Positions 19,700 to 30,185 of a DNA stretch of 64,000 nt are shown one piece after another; the first letter of the stretch is position 1, and each line of letters opens with the position of its first letter. This DNA is from Rickettsiales bacterium. Lineage in GTDB: Bacteria > Pseudomonadota > Alphaproteobacteria > Methylaequorales > Methylaequoraceae. The notes below the pieces were generated by a model. It was not told where the DNA came from. It searched no databases and saw nothing but the letters and a program-made list of their open reading frames with translations. The stretch is taken from contig NZHE01000026.1 in the NCBI GenBank assembly GCA_002691145.1, positions 114,546-178,545 on the forward strand, given 5' to 3'. Both the position numbers and the translations under genes were made by a program.

Positions 19700-22060
19700 C
19701 TAGTAAAAACCTTTGAATCTTGTGTCAATATCTGAAGACTCATTTACATCCTCTTTATTAATAAAATTAAAGTCTTTTTTAAAAACTTCCTGAATGAAAT
19801 TTTTATTTGAAGGCAAACCAGATTTAATATCAACATTTACAAATTTCACACCCTCTGGTGGAAAAAAAGGCTTGGGAACTTTTTCAACATAAACGTTTTT
19901 CATAAAATCTGCAAAAATAGGGGCCGCAACTTTTGAACCTGTTTCATTTGGTCCCAAAGTTCTGGGTTTGTCATATCCAACATACAATCCCACAGTAATT
20001 TCTGAGTTAAAGCCAATAAACCATGAATCTTTGTTATTATTCGTTGTTCCTGTTTTTCCAGCTACCTCAAAATCAAAAAAATTAATATTCTTTGCCGTTC
20101 CTCTTTTGATAACACCCATTAAAAAAGAGGTCATTTGATAGGCAGATTCTTTAGAAATCACTCTTTTTCTATTTTCAATAATTTCTGGGAAAGTTTTAAA
20201 ATTTTTTAATTCTTCGTCAGAATATTTATCAATATCAAATGAACAATTATTACATTCTCTCTTATCGTGTTTATAAATTGTCTTACCGTATCTATCTTGA
20301 ACCTTATCAATAAGAGATGGTTTAACAAAATAACCTCCATTTGCGATTATTGCGTATGCATTTGCAATATTTATCAGATTAGTTTCTACTGAACCCAGGG
20401 ATGAAGACATTAATTCTGGAAAATTTTCATATATTCCTAACTGTTTTGAAAAACTAGAAATTTTTTCTAAGCCAACAGATCTAGATAACCTTACAGTCAT
20501 TAAATTTCTTGACTTCTCTATACCTAATCTTAGGGTGCTCAAACCATAAAACTTATTTCCATAATTAGTTGGTCGCCATTGTTTTTCATCATCATCTTTT
20601 GTATTTTCAATGATTACAGGTGCATCTAATATCTTACTTACTGGACTTAGGCCTTTTTCTAATGCTAATAAATACACAAATGGCTTAAAAGCTGAACCAG
20701 GTTGTCTTTTGGCTTGAATTACTCTATTAAAAGAAGAGCTTGAATCATAACCACCAACCATTGCTAAAATTCTTCCAGAACTATTTTCAATTACAACCAT
20801 TCCACCATTGACGTCAGGTATTTGTGATAAAACCTCTTTTTCGCCTTTGCTTTCAACAACAATAACATCTCCAATTGCAAAAAAATCACTTAAATTTCCA
20901 ATTTTTAAATTTTTGACTATCTTCAAATCTGTAATATTTAATCTAGATACTTTTCCACTTTCAAAACCAACTTCTAGAGAATCACTAAATACTTTTAAAA
21001 CTATTGCTAATTTATCTTGGTATAAACCTTTAGGTTTTTTGATTTTCTTTAACTCAGATTGCCACCCATTTTTATTGTTTATATTTCCTAATGGGCCTCT
21101 CCAACCCTTTCTTGAATCAAATTTTTTAATTCCATTTTGAAAAGATTTTTCAGCTTTGATTTGCAGATCCGTATCCAAACTCGAGATTATTGATAAGCCT
21201 TGATCATACAATTTTTTTTGATCATATTTTTTAATAATTTCTCTTCTTATTGCTTCTTTATAAAATGAAGCTTTAGTGGATAAAACTTTATTTCTTTTGT
21301 TTAACACTATGGGTTTTGCAACAGCTTCATCAAATTCTTTTTTCAATATAAATTTTTCTTCAACTAACCTTGTTAAAACCCAATTTCTCCTCTTGAGTGC
21401 TTTGTTCTGATTGGAGAAAGGGTTGTATGTGCTCGGGGCTTTTGGTAACGCCGCGAGAAGTGCCATTTCCTGTAAATTTAAGTCATTAAGCGACTTATTA
21501 AAGTAATTTACTGCTGCTGCAGAAATACCATAAGAACGATTTCCAAGATAAATCTCGTTAAGGTAAAGTTCAAGTATTTGTTCTTTAGATAAAGTTTTTT
21601 CTATTCTTAAAGATAATATAATCTCTTTGATTTTTCTAGTGTAGGAGATTTCTCCAGATAACAAAAAATTTTTTGCAACTTGTTGTGTTATCGTTGAAGC
21701 CCCTTCTGGCCTTCTATCATTAAAAAAGTTTCTTAAATTTTTTGAAAAAGCTCTAATAATACCTTTAATATCAAATCCAATGTGGCTATAAAAATTTTTG
21801 TCCTCTGCTACTAAAAAACAATTTATAACTTGTCTAGGAATCTGATTGAAATTGGTAAAGACTCTATTTTCCCTAGAGTATTCTTCAAGAAATTCTCCGT
21901 TAGAAGCAAATACTTTTGAAACTACAGGTGGCTCATAATTTGATAAGGATTTAAAATCTGGAAGATCTCTTCCAAAAAACCAAAAAGCCGAAACTATTAA
22001 AATTAATAAAGTAATTAAAAGAATAAAAAAAAAGTATAAAAAATTTGTGATATATTTCAT
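19700..22060 (-). CDS. mrcA: Penicillin-binding protein 1A (bifunctional transglycosylase/transpeptidase)
   Basis: GT51 motifs 'EDKNFYSHIGFD', 'GASTITQQ'; transpeptidase 'SAFKPF' (SxxK), 'SRN', 'KTGT'. Confidence 0.9.
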   Translation of the reverse strand: MKYITNFLYFFFILLITLLILIVSAFWFFGRDLPDFKSLSNYEPPVVSKVFASNGEFLEEYSRENRVFTNFNQIPRQVINCFLVAEDKNFYSHIGFDIKGIIRAFSKNLRNFFNDRRPEGASTITQQVAKNFLLSGEISYTRKIKEIILSLRIEKTLSKEQILELYLNEIYLGNRSYGISAAAVNYFNKSLNDLNLQEMALLAALPKAPSTYNPFSNQNKALKRRNWVLTRLVEEKFILKKEFDEAVAKPIVLNKRNKVLSTKASFYKEAIRREIIKKYDQKKLYDQGLSIISSLDTDLQIKAEKSFQNGIKKFDSRKGWRGPLGNINNKNGWQSELKKIKKPKGLYQDKLAIVLKVFSDSLEVGFESGKVSRLNITDLKIVKNLKIGNLSDFFAIGDVIVVESKGEKEVLSQIPDVNGGMVVIENSSGRILAMVGGYDSSSSFNRVIQAKRQPGSAFKPFVYLLALEKGLSPVSKILDAPVIIENTKDDDEKQWRPTNYGNKFYGLSTLRLGIEKSRNLMTVRLSRSVGLEKISSFSKQLGIYENFPELMSSSLGSVETNLINIANAYAIIANGGYFVKPSLIDKVQDRYGKTIYKHDKRECNNCSFDIDKYSDEELKNFKTFPEIIENRKRVISKESAYQMTSFLMGVIKRGTAKNINFFDFEVAGKTGTTNNNKDSWFIGFNSEITVGLYVGYDKPRTLGPNETGSKVAAPIFADFMKNVYVEKVPKPFFPPEGVKFVNVDIKSGLPSNKNFIQEVFKKDFNFINKEDVNESSDIDTRFKGFY

Positions 22061-22069
22061 TGATTTTAA

Positions 22070-22888
22070 CTACTTATCCATTTTCCATTTAAAATAATTA
22101 TCAATTCCATTGTTTATACTATCAATTATTTTTTCATGGTAATTATTTTTAACTAAAAGTTCTGCATCTTTTTTATTTGAAAGGTATCCCATTTCAATCA
22201 AAACTGAGGGAATATCAGGAGCCTTCAAAACTGCAAAACCTGCGAATCTATGTGTCCTTTGTAACAGTTTTGTTCTAATTCTAAATTCTTTGATAAGGAA
22301 ATCAACAAAATAACTCGATTGATTCATTGTTTCTCTTTGAGTTAAGTCAATTAAGATATTTGCAACCTCTTTTGATTCTAAACTTAAATCTAATCCTTCA
22401 ATTAAATCTGACTTATTTTCTCTCTTTGCAAGAGCTTCTGCTTCTTTATCAGATGCTCTTTCAGATAAAGTATAAATTGAAACTCCACTTACATTTTTGT
22501 TTCTATGAAAATCAGCATGAAGTGAAATAAATAAATCAGCTTTATTCTTTCTTGCAATTTTTACTCTATCCCTTAGTCTTAAATATCTATCCCCCTGCCT
22601 AGTTAAGATAACTCTATAATTTTTATTCTTCTGCAATCTTTTTTTAAGTTTTTTTGCAACCACTAAGGTGACATCTTTTTCCAATATTTTTCTAACACCA
22701 ATGGCACCAGAATCTTTTCCACCATGACCAGCATCAATGATAATTATCTTTTCTCTAACATTCTTTTCATTGTTTATAGATTTTTCTTTAAGAGAAAAAT
22801 CTATTACGATTCTAAAATCTTTAATACTATTTTTTTTTATCGAATAAAGATTCTTGATTTGAATCTCTTTTTTAAAGATAATGGTCAC
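22070..22888 (-). CDS. N-acetylmuramoyl-L-alanine amidase (Amidase_3 catalytic domain); N-terminal part lies out of frame upstream
   Basis: 'IIIDAGHGGKDSGAIG', 'SLHAD', 'VLIEMGYLSN' Amidase_3 signature. ORF in the track starts with GTG. Confidence 0.85.
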   Translation of the reverse strand: MTIIFKKEIQIKNLYSIKKNSIKDFRIVIDFSLKEKSINNEKNVREKIIIIDAGHGGKDSGAIGVRKILEKDVTLVVAKKLKKRLQKNKNYRVILTRQGDRYLRLRDRVKIARKNKADLFISLHADFHRNKNVSGVSIYTLSERASDKEAEALAKRENKSDLIEGLDLSLESKEVANILIDLTQRETMNQSSYFVDFLIKEFRIRTKLLQRTHRFAGFAVLKAPDIPSVLIEMGYLSNKKDAELLVKNNYHEKIIDSINNGIDNYFKWKMDK

Positions 22889-22983
22889 TTTTTTTTCGTT
22901 AGAAAAAAAATCAATTTTTTCTACATACTCTGTATTGTACTTTTTTTTTGAAATATTTTTGAGATCTTTAAAAAAAATTAATT

Positions 22984-23244
22984 CTAATTTTTTTTATAAA
23001 TAAGAGATTTAAATTTTACATCATTTGATATATCTAAAACAATTCTGTTAACCTCATTTTTTTGACCAAACCTAATGTCTTTTATTTCAAACGCTGATAA
23101 ATTATTAAAGCAATTGAAAAAAAATATTAAAAATATTAATTTAGAAAAAAAATACAAATTACAACAAAATTTTGTTACTATACAACATATAGTAAAATTA
23201 GAATAAAAAAAAACAATATCTTTGATTTTTTTAAATTTTTTCAA
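22984..23244 (-). pseudogene. Signal-peptide + AMIN-domain N-terminal fragment of the amidase, separated from the catalytic ORF by a frame change in an A/T homopolymer region
   Basis: 'FSKLIFLIFFFNCFNNLSA' signal-like h-region, then 'IKDIRFGQKNEVNRIVLDISNDVKFKSLIYKKN*' (AMIN beta-strand pattern). The downstream frame opens 6 nt after this stop and contains the second AMIN-like segment '...KDFRIVIDFS'. Confidence 0.5.
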
Positions 23245-23314
23245 TTTTATAGTATATTTAACAAATATTGATAAAAAACAATTATAAAAAATAAGGATTA
23301 TTTAGGAAAAAATA

Positions 23315-25483
23315 ATGACAAAAAAAATGCTAATAGATGCAAATCAGCCAGAGGAAACAAGAATGGCTATAGTTGAGGGGGAAAAACTTTTAGAATATGA
23401 ATCTGAAGTATTAAATCTTAAACCAATTAAAGGAAATATTTACTTAGCTAAGATAATAAGGGTAGAACCATCTCTTCAAGCAGCTTTTGTGGACTATGGG
23501 GGACAAAGGCATGGATTTTTAGCTTACAATGAAATTCATCCTGATTACTTCAAAATTCCAACTTCCGATAAAGAAAAATTATTAGCTGCTGAAAATGAGA
23601 TGACATCTAATTACAATCTTGAAGAAGAAAGCATCGTTGTAGAAGAAGAATCAGAATTAAAAAATAAAAAAACCAAAATAAAAAATAGTTCAAACAAAGA
23701 TAAAAAATCTTTTTTAGAAAAAATTTTAAATTTTTTCAATTATAGTCCCATTGATGACGAGGAAATAATTTCCAAAAATGAGTTTTATAAGAAAAAAAAA
23801 AATAAAAAGCAAAGTCAAAATAAGATTAGAAATTTTTCTATTCACAGAAGATACAGCATTCAAGAAGTAATAAAGAGAAACCAGGTTATACTTATACAAA
23901 TAGTAAAAGAAGAGAGAGGCAACAAAGGTGCAGCTGTTACAACACGCTTATCTTTAGCTGGAAAGTATTGTGTATTAATGCCAAATACGAATAAAGGTGG
24001 AGGAGTATCAAGAAAAATTACAGATTTAAAACTAAGAAAAAATTTAAAAAATATTTTAAGTTCGCTAGATATTAAAAACGGAATTGGAGTGATAATCAGA
24101 ACCGCAGGTCAACTAATGAACAAAGCTCAAATTAATCGAGATTACAAAGCTCTTTTAAAGCTTTGGAATGATATCACCTCAAAAACTATTAAGTCTACCG
24201 CGCCATCCTTAATTCATGAGGAAGGAAATTTATTAAAAAGATCTATAAGAGACTATTTTTCAAATGATATCAGTGAAGTAATAGTAAATAACAAAGATGT
24301 ATTTAAAAATGCAAAAGAAGTAATGAAAGCTTTTATGCCAAGTCATATTAAGCAAATAAAAATGCAAGATAAATCAGAAAATTCACTATTTGGAATCAAT
24401 AAGATTGAAAAACAGGTTAATGAAATTTTCAAACCTGTAGTTTATTTACGATCAGGTGGATATCTAGTAATCAATCAAACTGAGGCTTTAGTTGCAATAG
24501 ATGTTAATTCCGGAAAATATACAAAACAAAGAAATATTGAAGATACAGCATTGAAAACAAATTTAGAAGCTGCTGAAGAGATTCCTTTTCAATTGAGGTT
24601 AAGAGATCTTGCTGGTTTAATCGTAGTTGACTTTATTGACATGCTTGAAAGATCAAATAATTTTAAAGTAGAAAGAAAAATCAAAGAATCTGTAAAAAAT
24701 GATAGAGCAAGAGTGCAATACGGAAGGATAAGTAATTTTGGTTTGTTGGAAATATCTCGTCAAAGATTAAAACAAGTGATTAACACAACAACTTCTCATA
24801 AATGTCATCATTGTAATGGAACAGGAAGAATTAACTCGATTGAGTTTACCGCAATGCAGATTCTAAGAGTTTGTGAAGAAAGCTTAATTAATACAACTTT
24901 TAAAAGTTTAACAATACTAGTTAATAATGAAGTGGCGAATTTCATAAACAACAAAAGGATTAAGTTTTTAAATGAAATTATAAAAAAGACAAGACGAAAA
25001 ATTTACATAAAGGAATATGAAGATTTTTCTACTTCTGAGTCAGCTATTTTTAATAAACAAGAAATTATATACGAGAATTGTGATGATGAACAAAAATTAG
25101 CGAGTGCGGCAAGTCATTTGGAATTTATCAGTCAAAAATTTACCAAAAATAAAACCCGGTCCTATGGTCTTGAGAAGTTAGATGAAAAAAAAGAGAATGC
25201 AAAAATGCAAAATGAAAAATCATCTAAAAACTTAAAAAATATCAAAAACAAAAAATCTTATGAGAAAAAACAAAATGAAGATACAAAAACTTCCGAAGTT
25301 TCTGAAACTAACGTTTCAAGTTTAAAACAAAAAAGAACAAGTTTTAGGGCTAATGCAGAGGATTTTACAAAAGTAAATAAAAAAAAAATAAGAGTTAAAA
25401 AATTAAAAGATGTATCAAAATCTAATGTTAAAAATGAAGCTTTATTAAATACGGAAAAAAGAGAGGGATGGTGGAATCAATAG
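23315..25483 (+). CDS. rne: Ribonuclease E/G family endoribonuclease (RNase E, short alphaproteobacterial form with S1-domain insertion)
   Basis: S1 domain 'GNIYLAKIIRVEPSLQAAFVDYGGQRHGFL', catalytic region 'IDVNSGKY', Zn-link 'CHHCNGTGRI', lysine-rich C-terminal tail. Confidence 0.85.
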   Translation: MTKKMLIDANQPEETRMAIVEGEKLLEYESEVLNLKPIKGNIYLAKIIRVEPSLQAAFVDYGGQRHGFLAYNEIHPDYFKIPTSDKEKLLAAENEMTSNYNLEEESIVVEEESELKNKKTKIKNSSNKDKKSFLEKILNFFNYSPIDDEEIISKNEFYKKKKNKKQSQNKIRNFSIHRRYSIQEVIKRNQVILIQIVKEERGNKGAAVTTRLSLAGKYCVLMPNTNKGGGVSRKITDLKLRKNLKNILSSLDIKNGIGVIIRTAGQLMNKAQINRDYKALLKLWNDITSKTIKSTAPSLIHEEGNLLKRSIRDYFSNDISEVIVNNKDVFKNAKEVMKAFMPSHIKQIKMQDKSENSLFGINKIEKQVNEIFKPVVYLRSGGYLVINQTEALVAIDVNSGKYTKQRNIEDTALKTNLEAAEEIPFQLRLRDLAGLIVVDFIDMLERSNNFKVERKIKESVKNDRARVQYGRISNFGLLEISRQRLKQVINTTTSHKCHHCNGTGRINSIEFTAMQILRVCEESLINTTFKSLTILVNNEVANFINNKRIKFLNEIIKKTRRKIYIKEYEDFSTSESAIFNKQEIIYENCDDEQKLASAASHLEFISQKFTKNKTRSYGLEKLDEKKENAKMQNEKSSKNLKNIKNKKSYEKKQNEDTKTSEVSETNVSSLKQKRTSFRANAEDFTKVNKKKIRVKKLKDVSKSNVKNEALLNTEKREGWWNQ

Positions 25484-26634
25484 TTTTGATTTATCCATTT
25501 AGTTAGTTTTTTCATTCCATTTGTAAGATAATCATGATTGGAAGAAAAAGATAATCTTAAAGTACTATTTCCATTTTTGGCATCGAAGTCAATTCCTGGT
25601 GTAAGCGCTACACCACACTCATTCAGAACTTTTTTAACAAGTTTTTTTGAATCAGTAGTATATTTTGATATGTCTATATAAGTATAAAACGATCCATCAG
25701 CTCTAGTAAACCGATTCCAAGAAGTTTTTCCTAACATATCTAAAACCAGATCTTTGTTCTTTTTGTATATTTCAGTGATCTTCTTATATTCTTCAACACA
25801 ATCTAAAGAGTCAATTGCCAATTTTTGAGCAATACTCCCACAAGATATAAAAAGATTTTGAGACAATCTGAGAAAGTTTTCTACCAATTTTTTTGGCACA
25901 ATTACCCATCCTAATCTCCACCCAGGCATACAGAAAAATTTTGAAAAACTATTAATAACAACAACCTCTCTTCCAAACTCTCGCATAGAGAAAGTTTGCT
26001 TATCGAACGAAATACCATGATAGATTTCATCAGATATCAGTCTTATATTGTTTTTAAGACAGAATTCATAAATAAATTTTAATTCTTTTTCATCAAAAAT
26101 CTGTCCATTAGGATTGTTTGGACTTGAAATAATTAAACCATCAATTTTTTTAAAATTTTTAATTTCATCTAAATCAATGAATAGTTTATTTTTTGAATGA
26201 ATTTCAATTACTTCTATGTTAACTGAACTTAGGATATTCTTATATGCGGGATAAGTAGGTGAAAATATAGCAACCCTATTACCAGGATCAAAACATGTTA
26301 AAAAGGTTAGAAGAAATGCACCAGATGAGCCCACCGTTATAAATATATCGTCTGCATTTACTTTAATATTTTTTTTTAAATAATAAGTCTCTAATTTCTC
26401 TCTAAGCTCCCGCATTCCATTAGAGGGAGTATACCCGGGTATTTTTGAAAAATTGAATTGATTTAATCTTTCAGTTAACTTTTTTGGAATAAAATTTATT
26501 GGTTCCCCAAGCTCTAAGTGAAATATCTCTTTTCCCGAATGCTCAAGGTTACTTGCTTCATTGAGAACGTCCATGACTAAAAACTTCTCAATTAATGACC
26601 TTTTTGATGGAAGAAAATCTTTTTTTGTGTTCAT
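25477..26634 (-). CDS. Class I/II PLP-dependent aminotransferase
   Basis: Fold-type I aminotransferase pattern with 'SFSKFFCMPGWRLGW' (PLP-lysine region) and C-terminal 'G..LRLSF'. Confidence 0.7.
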   Translation of the reverse strand: MNTKKDFLPSKRSLIEKFLVMDVLNEASNLEHSGKEIFHLELGEPINFIPKKLTERLNQFNFSKIPGYTPSNGMRELREKLETYYLKKNIKVNADDIFITVGSSGAFLLTFLTCFDPGNRVAIFSPTYPAYKNILSSVNIEVIEIHSKNKLFIDLDEIKNFKKIDGLIISSPNNPNGQIFDEKELKFIYEFCLKNNIRLISDEIYHGISFDKQTFSMREFGREVVVINSFSKFFCMPGWRLGWVIVPKKLVENFLRLSQNLFISCGSIAQKLAIDSLDCVEEYKKITEIYKKNKDLVLDMLGKTSWNRFTRADGSFYTYIDISKYTTDSKKLVKKVLNECGVALTPGIDFDAKNGNSTLRLSFSSNHDYLTNGMKKLTKWINQNY

Positions 26635-27978
26635 ATGATTATGTTTTATATGATTTTTATGAAAAAAAAAATAAATTATCTTTTTATTGTTTTTATATTT
26701 AATTTCAATTCAGTTTTCTCGCAAAATATAAATTTAATTAGAGATGCTGAAATAGAAAATTTTATTTATGATTTATCGTCCCCAATTTTGAAAAGCGCAA
26801 GATTAGAAAAAGAGAATATTAATTTCTATCTAGACCAACAATCATTCGTAAACGCTTTTGTCACTTTTGGAAATAATATTTTTTTGACAACTGAACTGAT
26901 AAAAAAAGTAAAAAATGTTGATCAAATTGCAGGTGTGATTGCTCACGAAATTGGACATTTAAAAGGAGGGCATTTAAATAAAAGATTAAACGAGAGTAAA
27001 AGTTCTCTTTTAAATTCAGTGCTTTCAGGGATTTTAGCTGCAGGAGCAATTGCAGCAGGATCTGCAGAAGCAGGTACTGCAATAATAATGGGTGGACAAC
27101 ATATTAACAGACAAAGTATGTTATCATTTTCTAGAAAACAAGAGTCATATGCAGACCAAGCAGCGATAAAATATTTAAAGTCATCTAATTATTCCGTAAG
27201 AGGAATGGTTGAGCTGTTTACTTTACTTGAACAAAATGAAAGATTCTCAAATATTAATCCCTATTCAATAACACACCCACTTTCAAAAGAAAGAAAAAAA
27301 ATAGTAAAGTTACATCTATATGAACAAGAAGAATTAACAAAGAATTATGAACTCAATCAAAGATTAAAGATTGTTCAAGCAAAGCTAATTGGTTTTATAA
27401 TAGATACGAATAAAGTGTCAAAATATTATCCTTTAGACCAAAAAACAAAAGAATCTTGTTATGCTAATTCCATTAAATATTATAGGATGGGTCAGATTTC
27501 AAATTCATTAAAATTTATTGATTTGTGTATTGAGTTGGATAATAAAAATCCATATTTTCACGAACTTAAAGGTCAAATTTTATATGAGAATGGTGATAGT
27601 AAACTGGCTATCAATGCATTTAAGAATGCTCTTGAACGGAAGAAAAATGAAAAATTTTTTCATCTAGCTCTTGCAAAGGCATATTACTCCTCCGGCAAAA
27701 GGCAAAATTATCTTAAATCAATTGAACTATTAAAAAAATATATAAAAGAAGATAAATTTCCTGTTGAGGCATGGCATTATATGGCATTATCTTATGGAAA
27801 ATTAAAAAACTTTTCTTTTGCAGCTTTAGCTTTAGCAGAAAAGTTTTTATTATTGAATGATATTAAAAATGCAAAACAACAGCTTAAAAAAATTGAGAAA
27901 ATTAATGACAAAAATCCAGAAATAATATCATTAGTAGAAGATATAAAAAACACTATTGCTCAAAGAGAAAAAAAATGA
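26635..27978 (+). CDS. M48-family zinc metallopeptidase with C-terminal TPR repeats (BepA/YfgC-like periplasmic chaperone-protease)
   Basis: 'IAHEIGHLKGGH' HExxH motif, signal peptide, TPR-like helical repeats in the C-terminal half. Confidence 0.75.
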   Translation: MIMFYMIFMKKKINYLFIVFIFNFNSVFSQNINLIRDAEIENFIYDLSSPILKSARLEKENINFYLDQQSFVNAFVTFGNNIFLTTELIKKVKNVDQIAGVIAHEIGHLKGGHLNKRLNESKSSLLNSVLSGILAAGAIAAGSAEAGTAIIMGGQHINRQSMLSFSRKQESYADQAAIKYLKSSNYSVRGMVELFTLLEQNERFSNINPYSITHPLSKERKKIVKLHLYEQEELTKNYELNQRLKIVQAKLIGFIIDTNKVSKYYPLDQKTKESCYANSIKYYRMGQISNSLKFIDLCIELDNKNPYFHELKGQILYENGDSKLAINAFKNALERKKNEKFFHLALAKAYYSSGKRQNYLKSIELLKKYIKEDKFPVEAWHYMALSYGKLKNFSFAALALAEKFLLLNDIKNAKQQLKKIEKINDKNPEIISLVEDIKNTIAQREKK

Positions 27979-28415
27979 AAAATATTTTAATTATTAATGG
28001 TCCAAATCTTAACCTTTTAGGACAAAGAGAAGTAGAAATTTATGGGAAAAGAACATTAGAAACAATCAATGAGGATTGTAAGGAATTTGTGTTCAAACAC
28101 AATATCAATGTTAAGCTTTCTTTTTTTCAAAGTAACTCAGAAGAACAAATAATTAATAAAATACAAAGTTCTAAAAGTTTCGACGGACTAATAATAAATG
28201 CTGCTGCTTTCACTCACACATCGATAGCAATCCATGACAGCTTAAAAATAGTAAATTTTCCAATAGTTGAAGTTCATCTTTCTAATTTATATAATAGAGA
28301 GGAATTTAGACAAAAATCTCTTATAAGTCCTATTGCCTCTGGAATAATATTAGGATTTGGTTCTGATGTATATAAATTAGCCATAATGGCTTTGAATTTT
28401 AAAATAAAAAACTAA
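27975..28415 (+). CDS. aroQ: 3-dehydroquinate dehydratase, type II
   Basis: 'ILIINGPNLNLLGQRE', 'INAAAFTHTSIAIHD' hallmark residues. Confidence 0.9.
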   Translation: MKNILIINGPNLNLLGQREVEIYGKRTLETINEDCKEFVFKHNINVKLSFFQSNSEEQIINKIQSSKSFDGLIINAAAFTHTSIAIHDSLKIVNFPIVEVHLSNLYNREEFRQKSLISPIASGIILGFGSDVYKLAIMALNFKIKN

Positions 28416-28418
28416 TTC

Positions 28419-28850
28419 ATGAATAAATTAAATAAAAAGTTAGTTGAAGAAATGTCTAAATTAATGGATGAGTTGGGGTTAACTGAATTTGAATTTTCAG
28501 ATGAAAAAATAAAGATTAAGCTAGGAAAAAATATTTTTACATCCCATAAAGAGGACGTCTACTCAAAAAATTCAAGACAGGTAAATAGTAATATAAACAA
28601 GGAATCTGATGAAAATGAAAATATTGTAAAAGCGCCATTAGTTGGAACAGTCTATCTAGCTCCTGAACCGGGATCCAAAAATTTTGTTGAAGTTGGGCAA
28701 GATGTCAAAATTGGTCAGGTATTATTGATTGTTGAAGCTATGAAAACAATGAACGAAATTACTTCGCATAAAACGGGAAAAATTAAAGAGGTTTTTGTAA
28801 AAAATTCCGAGCCAGTAGAATTTGGTGAGCCTTTAGTATTAATTGAATGA
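28419..28850 (+). CDS. accB: Acetyl-CoA carboxylase biotin carboxyl carrier protein
   Basis: Biotinyl-lysine motif 'EAMKTMNEI' and lipoyl/biotinyl fold at the C-terminus. Confidence 0.9.
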   Translation: MNKLNKKLVEEMSKLMDELGLTEFEFSDEKIKIKLGKNIFTSHKEDVYSKNSRQVNSNINKESDENENIVKAPLVGTVYLAPEPGSKNFVEVGQDVKIGQVLLIVEAMKTMNEITSHKTGKIKEVFVKNSEPVEFGEPLVLIE

Positions 28851-30183
28851 GATGTTTAACAAAATATTAATAGCTAATAGAGGGGAAATAGCTCTTAGAA
28901 TTCACAGAACATGCCAAGATATGGGAATCAAAACAGTTGCTATACATTCTACCGCAGACGAAAACGCAATGCATGTTAAATTAGCAGATGAAAGTGTTTG
29001 TATCGGTCCTCCTCAAATAAAAGATTCTTATCTAAATATACCCTCAATTATCTCAGCAGCAACAATAGCCAATGTAGATGCTGTACATCCTGGGGTAGGA
29101 TTATTGTCGGAAAACTCAGAATTTGCAAAAATTGTAAATGATCATGGTTATTGTTTTATTGGACCAAAATATGAACATTTGGCTGTGATGGGTGATAAAA
29201 TTGAAGCAAAAAAGATGGCAAAAAAAATAGGCTTACCAATTCTACCAGGTAGTACAAATAATATAAAAAATCTCAGGGAAGCGATTGAAATCTCAAAAAA
29301 TATTGGTTTTCCATTATTAATTAAAGCAACCAAAGGTGGCGGCGGAAGAGGAATAAAAAAAGTTTTTTCGTCTGATGATTTAGAACTGCAATTTTCTCTT
29401 GCAAAATCAGAGGCAAAAAATAGTTTTGGAGACGATTCTGTTTATATTGAGAGATATCTTACAAATCCAAGACATATTGAAATTCAGATAATCGCTGATA
29501 ATCATGGAAATGTAATACATATTGGCGAGAGAGATTGTTCAATCCAAAGAAGAAGTCAAAAAATTCTTGAAGAATGTCCCTCACCCGCACTTAATGATGA
29601 TGAAAGAAGTAGAATTTACGAAATTTCGGTAAAAGCTATGGAAAATCTAAAATACCAAAATCTAGGTACAATTGAATATTTATATGAAAATGGAGAGTTT
29701 TATTTCATAGAGATGAATACTAGACTTCAAGTTGAACATCCGGTTAGTGAAATAGTATATGGAATAGACATTGTTAAGGAGCAAATCAGAGTTGCTTCAG
29801 GTAAAAAAATTTCATTTGTTCAAGACGATATTAAAAAATATGGTCATTCAATAGAATGCAGAATTAATGCAGAAAATCCCAAGAATTTCTATCCATCAAG
29901 TGGCTTAATAAAAACTTACCATGTACCTGGAGGACCAGGAATTAGGGTTGACTCTGCGCTATATTCAGGACTCGAGATTTCAAATTATTATGATGGTCTT
30001 ATTGCTAAACTAATTATTCAAGGAAGAGACAGAACAGAATGTTTAATGCGATTAAGAAGAGCTCTAATAGAGTTTGTTATAGAGGGAATTGATACAACAA
30101 TCCCACTTCATAAATCCATCATTGAAAAAGAAGAATTCATTAATGGTGAATATGATATTAATTGGTTAGAAAAAAATATCTAA
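28843..30183 (+). CDS. accC: Acetyl-CoA carboxylase biotin carboxylase subunit
   Basis: ATP-grasp 'GGGGRGI', 'EMNTRLQVEHPVSE' motifs; 446 aa. Confidence 0.95.
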   Translation: MNEMFNKILIANRGEIALRIHRTCQDMGIKTVAIHSTADENAMHVKLADESVCIGPPQIKDSYLNIPSIISAATIANVDAVHPGVGLLSENSEFAKIVNDHGYCFIGPKYEHLAVMGDKIEAKKMAKKIGLPILPGSTNNIKNLREAIEISKNIGFPLLIKATKGGGGRGIKKVFSSDDLELQFSLAKSEAKNSFGDDSVYIERYLTNPRHIEIQIIADNHGNVIHIGERDCSIQRRSQKILEECPSPALNDDERSRIYEISVKAMENLKYQNLGTIEYLYENGEFYFIEMNTRLQVEHPVSEIVYGIDIVKEQIRVASGKKISFVQDDIKKYGHSIECRINAENPKNFYPSSGLIKTYHVPGGPGIRVDSALYSGLEISNYYDGLIAKLIIQGRDRTECLMRLRRALIEFVIEGIDTTIPLHKSIIEKEEFINGEYDINWLEKNI

Positions 30184-30185
30184 AT

